Shown one piece after another: positions 1-9,326 of a stretch of DNA of 64,000 bases. Each line of letters begins with the position of its first letter. Position 1 is the stretch's first letter. Source of the stretch: Flavobacteriales bacterium (GTDB taxonomy: Bacteria > Bacteroidota > Bacteroidia > Flavobacteriales_F > PHOS-HE28); assembly GCA_016710965.1 (NCBI GenBank), contig JADJTW010000031.1, positions 727,887 to 791,886 of the forward strand, in the 5' to 3' direction. The position numbers and the translations under genes were made by a program. Under the pieces are notes generated by a model that was not told the origin of the DNA, ran no database searches, and saw nothing but the letters and a program-made list of their open reading frames with translations.

Positions 1-176
1 CGAAGGGCGGCCAGCAGGTCATCACCGGGTGCCAGCCATTGCTCCAGCTTCGGATCTATAGGCAACGGCTTCCGCGTGAGGGCGATAACCTGCCTGATGC
101 GGTCATCGCGAAGGGCGCGATCCAGTACGGTGGACCCGATGAGGCCGGTAGCCCCGACCAGCAGAATGCGCTGCAT
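1..176 (-). CDS. NAD(P)-binding oxidoreductase/epimerase-like protein, N-terminal fragment (partial, runs off window)
   Basis: Reverse complement of 1-176 translates to MQRILLVGATGLIGSTVLDRALRDDRIRQVIALTRKPL. This is a Rossmann GxxGxxG start; ATG complement at 174-176. Confidence 0.45.
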   Translation of the reverse strand, partial: MQRILLVGATGLIGSTVLDRALRDDRIRQVIALTRKPLPIDPKLEQWLAPGDDLLAAL

Positions 177-199
177 TTGAACAAAAGTCGGGATGAGTA

Positions 200-229
200 T
201 TGTTTATATCATAAACTTATCTATGTTTG
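200..229 (+). promoter_or_regulatory. Bacteroidota sigma-A promoter (TTG -33, N19, TATGTTTG -7)
   Basis: attg at 199-202 followed 19 nt later by tatgtttg (222-229), inside an AT-rich stretch 21 nt upstream of ATG 250. Confidence 0.5.
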
Positions 230-249
230 TCCCATCAATCACAACAACC

Positions 250-830
250 ATGGAACAGGACCTCACCCCTGAACAGAGCCTGAAGCTGATCGAAAGCATG
301 ATCGGCCAGGCGAAGAGCTTTCACCGCATGAGCTTCTACTTCCTCTTGTGGGGGGTGTTGCTCATTGGGGCCATGCTCACCGAGTACATCATGATCGCCG
401 TGGGCCATCCGGTCTATGGGAAGTCGTGGGGGGTGGTCGGCCTCATTGGGGGGATCACCTCTGCGGTGCATGGTGCGCGCGAGGGAAAGAAGGAAGGCGT
501 CTCCACTGCAATGGACCGCGTGATGATGTGGTTATGGTCGGCCTTCGTCATCACCATGATCGTTACGATCGTCGGCTCGGGGTAAGCGGCGGCGGCACTC
601 CGGCAGGGTCGATCCTGGTGCTCACCGGTCTGCCCACATTCGTTTCCGGCCAGCTCATGCGATTCAAGCCGTTGATCTTCGGGGGCATCCTGTTCTGGGT
701 AATGGGCGCCCTCTCCTACTTCGTTGAACCGGCAATGATCACTTGGTTGTACATCGGTGCCATGCTCTTCGGCTACGTGATACCGGGCTACATGTTGAAG
801 CGTCAAGAGGATGGCCTTCGCACCGCTTGA
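250..830 (+). CDS. polytopic (about 6-TM) membrane protein of unknown function, split by an apparent +1 frameshift at a G4 run (579-582)
   Basis: ORF 250-585 (MEQDLTPEQ...TIVGSG*) continues in the +1 frame 586-830 (GGGTPAGSILVLTGLPTFVSGQLMRFKPLIFGGILFWVMG...). One extra G in gggg joins the two parts in frame; both parts are hydrophobic helices. Confidence 0.45.
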
Positions 831-1098
831 TCCCGTCCTGCATAACCAGCTCCGCCTCGGGGTGGTGAGCTTGCTGGTGGCTGCCGAGGAGGCCGACTTC
901 AACTTCTTGCTGGAGAAGACCGGCGCCACACGCGGCAACCTGAGCGTGCAGATCACCAAGTTGAAGGACGCCGGTTACATCCGAGTGGAAAAGAGCTTCA
1001 AGGACAACTACCCGAACACTTCCTGTTCGCTCACGCCACAAGGACTGTCCGCCTTCGAGCGGTATGTGAAGGCGATCAAGGAATACCTGGGCAAATAA
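811..1098 (+). CDS. winged-helix transcriptional regulator (small, MarR/ArsR-like wHTH)
   Basis: 95 aa: LHNQLRLGVVSLLVAAEEADFNFLLEKTGATRGNLSVQITKLKDAGYIRVEKSF, typical of small wHTH regulators. Confidence 0.65.
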   Translation: MAFAPLDPVLHNQLRLGVVSLLVAAEEADFNFLLEKTGATRGNLSVQITKLKDAGYIRVEKSFKDNYPNTSCSLTPQGLSAFERYVKAIKEYLGK

Positions 1099-1222
1099 TC
1101 GCATCCTGCATCGGCAGGGACTTGACAGGATCCGTCGATAGCCGTTCAGGGTCTGTCGAAATTTTGGAACTGCTGGGTGCGCGGCCCGTTCACAGGGCCA
1201 TACCGAACGAACCACCCCATCC

Positions 1223-1348
1223 ATGGAAACCAAGCACCGCACCCTCATCCAGGCCGCTGTCCTGCTCATCGTGCTCGTGTTCGTAGCCACCGGCCACGCC
1301 ACCGATCGCAAATCCGACACCACCGCACAGGTGGTGCGGACCGAATAG
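1223..1348 (+). CDS. small hydrophobic peptide (41 aa) METKHRTLIQAAVLLIVLVFVATGH...
   Basis: Short ORF followed by a GC hairpin with a T-tract; no homology is recognised. Confidence 0.2.
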   Translation: METKHRTLIQAAVLLIVLVFVATGHATDRKSDTTAQVVRTE

Positions 1349-1374
1349 AACCAACTCCATACACCATAGCTTCA

Positions 1375-1401
1375 AGGCCGCGCCCCGTAAGGCGCGGCTT
1401 T
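1375..1401 (+). terminator. rho-independent terminator-like hairpin (gccgcgcc-ccgtaa-ggcgcggc + ttt)
   Basis: Perfect 8-bp GC stem, 6-nt loop and a T-run, lying between convergent ORFs. Confidence 0.4.
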
Positions 1402-1408
1402 GCTGCGT

Positions 1409-2026
1409 TCAGTACCTGGGACGTTTGATGAAGATGTAGCCGCCTCTCTCCGCGCCCCACACCTGCACTCCCGCATCATTGTACCCGCGGTCCCAGCTCA
1501 CCATTCGGTTGCTGAACAAGCTCACTTCGCTGGTGGCATAGGAGGCGCCGCCACGCTTGTTGGGGCAATCCCGGCCGTTGGTGCTTCCCACATAAACATC
1601 ACCTCTACGCTGCAGCGAGATCGTGCAGCCATCAAGCAGATCGAGCGAATCGGAACGCAGCGCATCGAGCTTCACGGGGTCGGCGTAAGCGCCGAAATAG
1701 GCCTCACCGCTCCTGATCGTGAGGATATCACTGGTGAAGGTGCTATCGTTCACTTGCTGAAGGTGGTACACGCGCTGACGGTAGGGCTTCGCCTTGCTGT
1801 CGGCCGTGGCCTGCTCCACGTACAACCAGGCCCCGTCCTTGCGCTTGCCCCAGATGCGCTTCATTTCAAGCTCGATCTCGAAGTAGTTCGTATCGGCCTT
1901 TGCCTGCTCGGCACTGGTGTAGGAACCTTCCATGGCAACCACGAGCAATTCGAGGGCGGCAGAGCGCTGGCCGTATCCCATCAACGGGCAGAGAAGTGCA
2001 AGAGCGCACAAGCATTGGAAACGCAT
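1409..2026 (-). CDS. secreted protein, possibly of the CpcT/CpeT-like (DUF1001) family
   Basis: Signal peptide MRFQCLCALALLCPLMGYGQ. The G-SYTSAEQA and YRQRVYHL motifs resemble CpcT-family patterns (recalled, not searched). Confidence 0.35.
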   Translation of the reverse strand: MRFQCLCALALLCPLMGYGQRSAALELLVVAMEGSYTSAEQAKADTNYFEIELEMKRIWGKRKDGAWLYVEQATADSKAKPYRQRVYHLQQVNDSTFTSDILTIRSGEAYFGAYADPVKLDALRSDSLDLLDGCTISLQRRGDVYVGSTNGRDCPNKRGGASYATSEVSLFSNRMVSWDRGYNDAGVQVWGAERGGYIFIKRPRY

Positions 2027-2046
2027 GACGATCGATTTCGGGCAAG

Positions 2047-3684
2047 CTAAGGAGCGCCTGTCTGCGTTGCGCTCGTCTGTTGCTGCAGTACCTCGATGAA
2101 CTTCGGGTCCACCGGATAGCCCAGGTCCTTCGCCTTCAGTGCGTCGGGCAAGGCCAGGGCCGGCCGCCCCAACGTGTAGTAGGTGCCCGCCCGGTTGTGC
2201 CAGGCCTCGGCCAGTTCCGGGCGGTAGCGAATGGCGCTGGTATAGTCCGCGATCGCAGCTTCGTATTGGCCCAGATTGAAGTGCGCCAAGCCTCGATTGT
2301 AGAATGCATCACCATAATCGAACTTCAACATCAACGCACGGTCGAACACTTCCAAGGCCTCTTGATGCCTGCCAGCATTGGTGAGCGCGACACCGTAGTT
2401 GTTCATGCTCTTGGGCGCACCGTCATCCTTAGCGATGGCATCTTCCCACAATGCCACGCCGTCTTTCCAAACCTTGGTTCTTTCATGCGCAATGGCCGCC
2501 ATCACCAGGACGAATGCAGTGGAAAGAACAAGCAGTGCGTTCCGTGCGGCCTTCCGCTCCTCACTCACTTTCCAACACACGCTCATCACAGCGAAGGCGA
2601 GCCCCAGGTAAGGGATGTAGGTATATCGCTCTGCCAGGACCGCACCGCCCACGGGCAGCAGTTGAAGCACCAGGGCTACCGTGATAAGGAAGAAGCCGGT
2701 TCCGAAGACCAATTCACGGTGCTTCCGGAAACGCACCACAAGAGCTGCCATGAGCACAACAGCGCACATCGCAACCCAGTAAAGGAGGTCGGGTGCTTCA
2801 CCAGCGGGCGGATAGCCGAAGAATGCAGAAAGACCGAAGGGCACGAAGAACTTGAGCACATACATCCACAGTCCATAGCAAGCGAAGAGGGCACGCTGCC
2901 AGAGCGGATACATGTCGAGATCTTGCACCGACTCGAAGGCGTGCTGTGCATCGATGGCCTTCAGCCCAGCCCAGATGGCCAGCGCGATGAGGGGCAGCTT
3001 CTCGACAAGCACGCGCCAGTTGAACGGGCGATGCGAGTACCAGTCGATGAGGAAGAGAACCGGCACGAGTGAAACCGCCGTGGCCTTCGATAGAAGGGCA
3101 GCCACGAACAGCAACAACGTCGACACCCACCACCACGGATGCTTGCTCCGCACATGCCCGGTGTAGCAAACAAGCGCAGCCAGGTAAAAGAAGCCGTGCA
3201 GCACATCCTTCCGCTCCGATGCCCAAGCCACGCTCTCCACGTGCACGGGATGTACCGCGAAGAGCGCTGTGGTGATAAAGCAGACCCATGATCGAGCGCC
3301 ATGTCGCATGAAGAGCACATAAGCGAGCAACGCGCTCAGCATGTGCAACACCAGATCGGTCGTGTGGAAGACGCTCGCATCGAGTGTCTTCATCCGTTCG
3401 TTCCAAGCCTGCTTGTGGCTCAAGGCCAACGACCACATCGTAAGCGGGTGGTAGTTGCCCATCACTTCGGTCTTCTCCACGAAGTGCTTGCGCAGGGAGG
3501 CGTCGTGCAGGTCACTGTTGGTCAGGATGTACTCGGTATCATCCCAATTGACGAAGCCGTTGTCCAACGAGCCCGCATATACCGCCATCGCCAGGACGAC
3601 GATGGCCACTGGACCGAGCCAACGCCGCACCAGGGAGGGTGCGATCATCTCCTGGCTTGTGGCAGCAGTATTCTTCCGGCTCAT
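2047..3684 (-). CDS. TMTC-like (DUF1736) polytopic membrane protein with C-terminal TPR repeats
   Basis: N-terminus VNWDDTEYILTNSDL... with multiple TM helices; C-terminus has TPR-like ALxxGRHQEALEVFDRAL, YNRGLAHFNLGQYEAAIADYTSAI and HNRAGTYYTLGR. Confidence 0.55.
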   Translation of the reverse strand: MSRKNTAATSQEMIAPSLVRRWLGPVAIVVLAMAVYAGSLDNGFVNWDDTEYILTNSDLHDASLRKHFVEKTEVMGNYHPLTMWSLALSHKQAWNERMKTLDASVFHTTDLVLHMLSALLAYVLFMRHGARSWVCFITTALFAVHPVHVESVAWASERKDVLHGFFYLAALVCYTGHVRSKHPWWWVSTLLLFVAALLSKATAVSLVPVLFLIDWYSHRPFNWRVLVEKLPLIALAIWAGLKAIDAQHAFESVQDLDMYPLWQRALFACYGLWMYVLKFFVPFGLSAFFGYPPAGEAPDLLYWVAMCAVVLMAALVVRFRKHRELVFGTGFFLITVALVLQLLPVGGAVLAERYTYIPYLGLAFAVMSVCWKVSEERKAARNALLVLSTAFVLVMAAIAHERTKVWKDGVALWEDAIAKDDGAPKSMNNYGVALTNAGRHQEALEVFDRALMLKFDYGDAFYNRGLAHFNLGQYEAAIADYTSAIRYRPELAEAWHNRAGTYYTLGRPALALPDALKAKDLGYPVDPKFIEVLQQQTSATQTGAP

Positions 3685-3711
3685 GCTCGCGCCAAAATAG
3701 GCGCGCGGCAG

Positions 3712-5661
3712 TCATGGAACTTCCACCCAGTCGCCGTGCTGCTTGATCAGGGCGATCAGTTCATCCACGGCCTGGGCACTGGGCACATTTCGTTTGACGA
3801 CCTCCTTCTCCTTGTACAGGGTGATCACTCCGGGGCCCGTGCCCACGTATCCGTAATCCGCGTCGGCCATTTCGCCCGGGCCGTTCACGATGCAGCCCAT
3901 GATGCCGATCTTGATGCCCTTCAGGTGGCTGGTCCGGGAGCGGATCTTCGCCGTCGTCTCTTGCAGGTCGAACAGGGTGCGGCCGCAGCTCGGGCAGCTG
4001 ATGTACTCCGTCTTGCTGGTGCGTGTGCGTGCGGCTTGCAGTATGCCGAAGGCTGTACGACAGACGAGGTCCTCTCGTCCGCCATCCTCATCCGCGATGA
4101 AGATCCCATCACCGAGGCCATCGAGCAATAGCGGGCCGATGTCGGTGCTGCTGTGCAAGACCAACTCATCGTTTGCGATACCGCCATAGGCCCGGCCGAT
4201 GATCACCGGTACGTCGCAGCTTTCGTTCATCAGTTCAGCGAAGAGCCTGCGTTGTTCCGCCATGCCATGCGCGTTGTAGGTGTCGATGAGCAGCACGGCG
4301 GTCGGATCGCCCCTCAGCTTCGCGATGAACGCTTGATCGAGCTGGGGCAGCGTGGCGTAGAGCAGGTTGAAACGTGGATGCTGCTCAACCCCGTTGAGGT
4401 AGTCCTTCTTCTGGATGAACGGATAGTGGCGCTCCTTGTGCTTGCTGCTCAGCCAGGTCGCATGGTCCTGCACGATGCCGAGCGTGCCGGGGATCTCGAA
4501 GTCTATGCTGTTCCCGCCTAGATAGGCAAGGTCGCAGGCCTGGTCCGTGATGCTCCACTTGTCCAGCGGCACGCTGTACCGATAGCCCCACGCGAACAGC
4601 GTCGCCGGTGTGATCTCCTTCCTGGTGCTCAAGTCGGCCATCACAACGGGCACATGGCGCGCGCCCATGTTGAGGACTTCGCGGGCTGTTCTCCGTTGAT
4701 GGTCGAAGGGATGGATGGGCCAGGGATCGCGCGCCGGTATGGGCGCGTGCGATGCGCGATCGGCATACCGGTCCACCAACGCGCGTGCCACCGGGATCTC
4801 CACCTCCGGTTCTTCGGTAAGGCTGACACGCACGGTATCCCCCAGGCCATCCTCCAATAGCGCCCCTATGCCCACGGCGCTCTTGATGCGGCCGTCCTCT
4901 CCATCGCCCGCTTCGGTTACGCCCAGGTGCAGGGGGTAGTCCCAGGCAAGCTCCATCATGCGATGTACGAGCAGGCGGTAGGCCTGCACCATCACCTGCG
5001 TATTGCTCGCCTTCATGCTCAGCACGATCTCGTGGTAGTTCTCATCGCGGCACACACGCAGGAACTCGAAGGCGCTCTCCACCATGCCCAGCGGCGTATC
5101 GCCGTAGCGGTTGAGGATACGGTCGCTGAGGCTTCCGTGGTTAGTGCCGATGCGCATGGCCGTTCCTTCCTCCTTGCAGATGCGCACCAGCGGCAGGAAG
5201 CGTTCGCGGATGCGCTGCAATTCGGAGTCGTACTCCGCATCAGTGTACTCGCGCACATCGAACTTCTTCTTGTCGGCGTAATTGCCCGGGTTCACGCGCA
5301 CCTTCTCCACGATGCGCGCGGCGATCTCGGCGGCATTGGGGGTGAAGTGGATATCCGCGACCAAAGGCGTCCTGTAGCCCTTCGCGCGCAACTGCTTCTG
5401 GATCTCGGTGAGGTTCTCCGCTTCCTTCCTGCTCGGCGCAGTGATGCGCACCAGTTCGCAGCCCGCTTCGATCATGCGCATGCTCTGCGCCACGGTTGCG
5501 GCGGTGTCCATCGTGTCCGTAGTGGTCATGCTTTGCACACGGATGGGGTTGGTGCCACCGATACCGACATCGCCCACCTGGACGCTGCGAGTGCGCCAGC
5601 GCTCGTACCGGAACAGGCTCGGGCAATACGTGGTGGCAGTGGCCGTTCCGGTGCTGGGCAT
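3712..5661 (-). CDS. ispG: 4-hydroxy-3-methylbut-2-enyl diphosphate synthase (flavodoxin), long form
   Basis: YCPSLFRYERWRTRSVQVGDVGIGGTNPIRVQSMTTTDTMDT, and at the C-terminus ISCPSCGRT...GIMGCIVNGPGEMADADYGYVG. The ORF extends to 5802 but the homologous start is MPSTG at 5661. Confidence 0.9.
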   Translation of the reverse strand: MPSTGTATATTYCPSLFRYERWRTRSVQVGDVGIGGTNPIRVQSMTTTDTMDTAATVAQSMRMIEAGCELVRITAPSRKEAENLTEIQKQLRAKGYRTPLVADIHFTPNAAEIAARIVEKVRVNPGNYADKKKFDVREYTDAEYDSELQRIRERFLPLVRICKEEGTAMRIGTNHGSLSDRILNRYGDTPLGMVESAFEFLRVCRDENYHEIVLSMKASNTQVMVQAYRLLVHRMMELAWDYPLHLGVTEAGDGEDGRIKSAVGIGALLEDGLGDTVRVSLTEEPEVEIPVARALVDRYADRASHAPIPARDPWPIHPFDHQRRTAREVLNMGARHVPVVMADLSTRKEITPATLFAWGYRYSVPLDKWSITDQACDLAYLGGNSIDFEIPGTLGIVQDHATWLSSKHKERHYPFIQKKDYLNGVEQHPRFNLLYATLPQLDQAFIAKLRGDPTAVLLIDTYNAHGMAEQRRLFAELMNESCDVPVIIGRAYGGIANDELVLHSSTDIGPLLLDGLGDGIFIADEDGGREDLVCRTAFGILQAARTRTSKTEYISCPSCGRTLFDLQETTAKIRSRTSHLKGIKIGIMGCIVNGPGEMADADYGYVGTGPGVITLYKEKEVVKRNVPSAQAVDELIALIKQHGDWVEVP

Positions 5662-5704
5662 GGTGCGCGAAGTTACCCGTGAACACCGGCGGGGGCGTTC
5701 CGGT

Positions 5705-6616
5705 TCATCCGCGGCCGAGGGGGTCGGGCTCGGTGAGTTCCTGCGCGGTACGGCGGCGTTGGAACCAACCGTTGGCAAGAAGGCAGAGAAGGATGAGCGC
5801 AATGCCCAGATAGGAGCCCGTGCGCATCTTCTCCTCCTCTCCCCAGATGATCAGCGCGATGAGGATGGTGTACACCGGCTCAAGATTCACCGTGAGCATG
5901 ACCGTGAAGGGCGAGAGCTGGCGCATCACCATGATGCCTGTGACGAAGGAGAATGAAGTGCAAACCAATCCGAGCAGCAGGTGGTACACGATGTCGCTGG
6001 TGGGCAGGTCCCACAAGGGAGGAGGAAGGTCGCCCATCACCAGAAGGCCCGCGCCCATGAGCACCGCAACGCTGGTGATCTCATAGAAGCTGATGCGCAT
6101 CGGATCATCGCGTTGCACAAGTCGCGCATTGATGATGTTGAACCACGCGCTGAGCAAGGCGCTGAGCACGGCCACTGCTATCCCCAAGCGGTACTTGGTC
6201 TCCAGCCCGAAGAGCAGCAACAAGGCACCGACCACGATGATGCCGAGCACCACCTCGTACGCCCGCACCCGGCGCTTGAACCAAAGCGGTTCCAGCAAGG
6301 CGGTGAAGACCGTGCTCGTGCTCAAGCACGCCGCTGCAATGCTGGCCGTACTGATCTTGATGGCACCATAGAAGGTGATCCAATGCCCGGTGATGAGCAC
6401 CCCGGTGAGCATGTACATGGCGAGTTCCGGAGTGCGAGGCGATAGCGTGCGGCGCATCCACCATGCAGCAAGCGCCAGACCGGCCGCTGCGATGATGCAG
6501 CGGGTGTATACCAGGTGCAGGGTGCCCTGTTGGATGAGCTTGCCGAAAATGCCCGTGAAGCCCCAAATGAACACCGTGAGATGGAGCAGCAGGAGCGCGT
6601 TGCGGCGACTATGCAT
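5705..6616 (-). CDS. EamA/DMT-superfamily transporter
   Basis: 303 aa with about 10 TM helices and two EamA-like halves (FIWGFTGIFGK...; ...LLSAWFNIINARL). Confidence 0.65.
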   Translation of the reverse strand: MHSRRNALLLLHLTVFIWGFTGIFGKLIQQGTLHLVYTRCIIAAAGLALAAWWMRRTLSPRTPELAMYMLTGVLITGHWITFYGAIKISTASIAAACLSTSTVFTALLEPLWFKRRVRAYEVVLGIIVVGALLLLFGLETKYRLGIAVAVLSALLSAWFNIINARLVQRDDPMRISFYEITSVAVLMGAGLLVMGDLPPPLWDLPTSDIVYHLLLGLVCTSFSFVTGIMVMRQLSPFTVMLTVNLEPVYTILIALIIWGEEEKMRTGSYLGIALILLCLLANGWFQRRRTAQELTEPDPLGRG

Positions 6617-6652
6617 ACGGACGGAAAAGCGCCCGCCAAGGTAGCCGGGCCA

Positions 6653-7528
6653 CTAATGGATCGCTTCGAGCTTCGCCCGCAGCTCCTTAACGACAGCCTC
6701 CTGGGCGGCCACCTCGCTGGTCTTGCGGCCCTGGTCCTCAACGTTCTTCTTCACCTCCCAGCCCAGGTCCTCGGCACGTTTCTTCATGTTGCGCTCCTCG
6801 TCCTGCGCTTTCCGCAGCCGCTCGTTCAAGCGCGCCTGCTGTTTCATGAGCTCAGCCAACGCCTTGTCGTTCTCTGCCGATGGCGATGAGGCGTTGATTG
6901 CGCGTTGCTCCACGATCCGGGGCTCCATGTCCGCGATCTCCTTGCGGGCGTGCTCCTGGTCCTCCGCAGCGTCCGCAGCGCGATCATTGCTCTTCTTGAT
7001 CTGACCTTCCATGCGCTCCTGTTCGCGTGAAAGGCCCGAGAGCTCGTTCTGCAGCCGCGCAAGCTGCTTGTTGCCGGCATCCAATGCCTCGTGAGCAAGC
7101 TGTCGGCGCAGAGCCGTCGTTCTTTCGCTCACGTAGCGTTCACCGGCATCATACACCTTCGGGTCGCTGTCCGGCCCCACCCAGCCATTGCGTGTGTAGA
7201 TGGCTACATGCGCGGTGAGCATGGGGCTTCCCTTGCGTTGTTCCGCCTTCACCAGCACACGCACCGTATCCGGCGCAACCTGCGGGAGCAACGCCCCCGA
7301 GGCGATGATCTCCTTCTTGGACGACACGTCCTTGCTGATGCGCTTCAATTCATCACGCCAGAAGCCCTCCACGGTCTTTGCATCAGTGCCTTCCAGGACA
7401 ACGCTGAACGTAGGATGAACGCCATCGCTGAAGCCGAAGGAGCCGCTGCCTACGTTGGTCTGGGCCTGCATGGAGACAGGAAGCAGCAAGGCAAGGATGG
7501 AATGGGCAACGAATTGGTGTGTGGTCAT
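6653..7528 (-). CDS. secreted coiled-coil protein of unknown function
   Basis: Signal peptide MTTHQFVAHSILALLLPVSMQAQ followed by a long Q/E/R/K-rich predicted coiled coil. Confidence 0.4.
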   Translation of the reverse strand: MTTHQFVAHSILALLLPVSMQAQTNVGSGSFGFSDGVHPTFSVVLEGTDAKTVEGFWRDELKRISKDVSSKKEIIASGALLPQVAPDTVRVLVKAEQRKGSPMLTAHVAIYTRNGWVGPDSDPKVYDAGERYVSERTTALRRQLAHEALDAGNKQLARLQNELSGLSREQERMEGQIKKSNDRAADAAEDQEHARKEIADMEPRIVEQRAINASSPSAENDKALAELMKQQARLNERLRKAQDEERNMKKRAEDLGWEVKKNVEDQGRKTSEVAAQEAVVKELRAKLEAIH

Positions 7529-7562
7529 GGGTGGTGCAATGGGCAACGCTCGTGCCGTGGAA

Positions 7563-8150
7563 CTACTCCTCGTCATCGTCATCGACCTGCGATACGCCGC
7601 CGCTCACGGCGAATTTCATCACGTCGGCAGGCCGGGCATCCAGCGGGGTCACGTTCTCGCGCGGCACAATGAGCAGATTGCCGCTCCAAGCGAAGGAGTG
7701 CGGGAAGTACACGGCGATCTTGCCTTCGCCCAAGCCCAGGTGGCTCAGGTCCTCCTGCGTGATGAAGCCAAGCCGTTCAGCCTGTATGCCACTGCCGAAC
7801 TTCACGAGAACGGGCCGGTCGAACTTGCGCTTGCTGCCCACCAGCGCGTTCATCATGTCCTTCAAAGCCCCGTACATGGTCTTCACCACCGGTATGCGCT
7901 GCAGCACCTCCTCGCCCAACTCGGCCAGCGGCTGGAAGAAGAACTGGCTGCCCAGCCAACCCGCCACGATGAGCACTGCGATGAGGATGACGAGACCGAG
8001 GCCGGGCACATCGGTGGGAATGATGTTGTCGAAGAATGCCAGCGACCGCCACAAGGCCCAAACGATAACGGTGACCGGCGCAAGCAGCAGCAATCCGCGG
8101 AAGAAGTATCCCAGCAGGATGCGACCCGTGCGGCTTGCGCTGAATGACAT
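7563..8150 (-). CDS. DUF502-family membrane protein
   Basis: LLGYFFRGLLLLAPVTVIVWALW...PVVKTMYGALKDMMNAL...FAWSGNLLIVPRE matches DUF502 (COG2928) architecture. Confidence 0.65.
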   Translation of the reverse strand: MSFSASRTGRILLGYFFRGLLLLAPVTVIVWALWRSLAFFDNIIPTDVPGLGLVILIAVLIVAGWLGSQFFFQPLAELGEEVLQRIPVVKTMYGALKDMMNALVGSKRKFDRPVLVKFGSGIQAERLGFITQEDLSHLGLGEGKIAVYFPHSFAWSGNLLIVPRENVTPLDARPADVMKFAVSGGVSQVDDDDEE

Positions 8151-8220
8151 GGTGCGAAGGTAATCGCGCCCCTACAGCCTGCTGGAGAAGAGTGCGGCTG
8201 ACCAGGACGGTACGCACTGT

Positions 8221-8568
8221 TCAATCGAGTTCCTCGCGCACTTTCCTCGGCAGCGAGGCTCGAACGAGCTCATAGCTGTGGTCCACCAGCTCAAGCAGCA
8301 GCTTGCGCGGCACACTGCCCGTGACGTCCACCGTGTTCCAGTGCTGCTTGTTCATGTGATAGCCGGGCACGATGCCTTCAAAGCGCTCGCGGAGCTCCAC
8401 GGCGCGCTCCGGGTCGCACTTGAGGTTCACGGTATCGAAAACGTTGATGGGCGCCAACGCGAACATCTTCCCTGCCACACGGAACACCAGCACATCAGGA
8501 CCGAAGGGCGTATCCCACGAAACACCGACCTTCTTTGCGCAGTAGTCCTGCAACTGGTCCAGCGTCAT
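8221..8568 (-). CDS. MmcQ/YjbR-family protein
   Basis: 115 aa: DYCAKKVGVSWDTPFGPDVLVFRVAGKMFAL...HMNKQHWNTV. Confidence 0.65.
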   Translation of the reverse strand: MTLDQLQDYCAKKVGVSWDTPFGPDVLVFRVAGKMFALAPINVFDTVNLKCDPERAVELRERFEGIVPGYHMNKQHWNTVDVTGSVPRKLLLELVDHSYELVRASLPRKVREELD

Positions 8569-9326
8569 GGCAGCAGCGCGTACAGCACCGGTCGACTGGG
8601 CGCCGCATCATTGATGAAATGCGGCAATTGCAACTCGAGGAGATAGTCGCCGTCGATCGCGCTGCCCGGCACGTGGATCATCTCGGTGATCGTGCGTTCC
8701 AGGTCCGTTGTTGCCGGAAAGTCCCAGAAGGCGTGGTGCGCGGCCAGCACCCCCCCATCCTCCTCGCGGTCTGCGCTGGGCAGATCGAGCAGCAGGTGCT
8801 TCACCCCTATGCTGCGCAGCCAAGCGCACGCCGTGCTTTGCAGGTAGCAGGGATTGGTACCGCTCCATTGGTGCGATGCCGATAGTTCGTCATTGGGCAA
8901 CGTGCGCATCACCAACGCCTCCGGAGGTCGCTCGTTCACCACGTTGCGCAATTGCTCCAGGGTGATCACGGAATCGGTCTTGCCGTCCGGCGCGCGGCGT
9001 GATTCGGGCCGCAGGCTCACGACTTGGGCAGTGAACAAGTAGCGCTTCAGCAGACCGCCTACCGGATGGACCTCCGCGCTGATGTGCCCGACGCTTTCGG
9101 TATGCGTGCCGTGCCCGTGAGGATTGAACGCGATGTTGCGGAAGTTGACGGGCGCACCGTCCTTCACCGCAAAGACCCTCACGTCATCCCGCACAGGCTC
9201 CATCGTCACGGGGCCCACGTACCACGCGCGAACCCCTTCGCCTTCACGCAACGGAAGCGAGAGGTCGATGGGCTTCGTGAAGTCCACCTTGAAGCTGCGT
9301 CCTCTATGCGTGATCTCCGCGATCAT
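8565..9326 (-). CDS. cyclase-family protein (kynurenine formamidase-like)
   Basis: HGHGTHTESVGH and the DxP...HHAFW pattern typical of the putative-cyclase fold. Confidence 0.55.
   Translation of the reverse strand: MIAEITHRGRSFKVDFTKPIDLSLPLREGEGVRAWYVGPVTMEPVRDDVRVFAVKDGAPVNFRNIAFNPHGHGTHTESVGHISAEVHPVGGLLKRYLFTAQVVSLRPESRRAPDGKTDSVITLEQLRNVVNERPPEALVMRTLPNDELSASHQWSGTNPCYLQSTACAWLRSIGVKHLLLDLPSADREEDGGVLAAHHAFWDFPATTDLERTITEMIHVPGSAIDGDYLLELQLPHFINDAAPSRPVLYALLP

Noticed and set aside
39-272. ORF 39-272 (+) and 235-471 (-) at the window start
   Set aside because: They overlap the better-supported minus-strand oxidoreductase N-terminus, the AT-rich promoter and the membrane protein gene. 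There is no independent support.
3301-4131. Long antisense or alternative-frame ORFs inside ispG, metG (18195-19466), plsX-fabH (24437-26125), accC (26599-27855), ileS (48051-49409), the LTD gene (55151-56311) and others
   Set aside because: They are typical GC-driven spurious ORFs opposite well-supported genes, with no motifs or independent signals.
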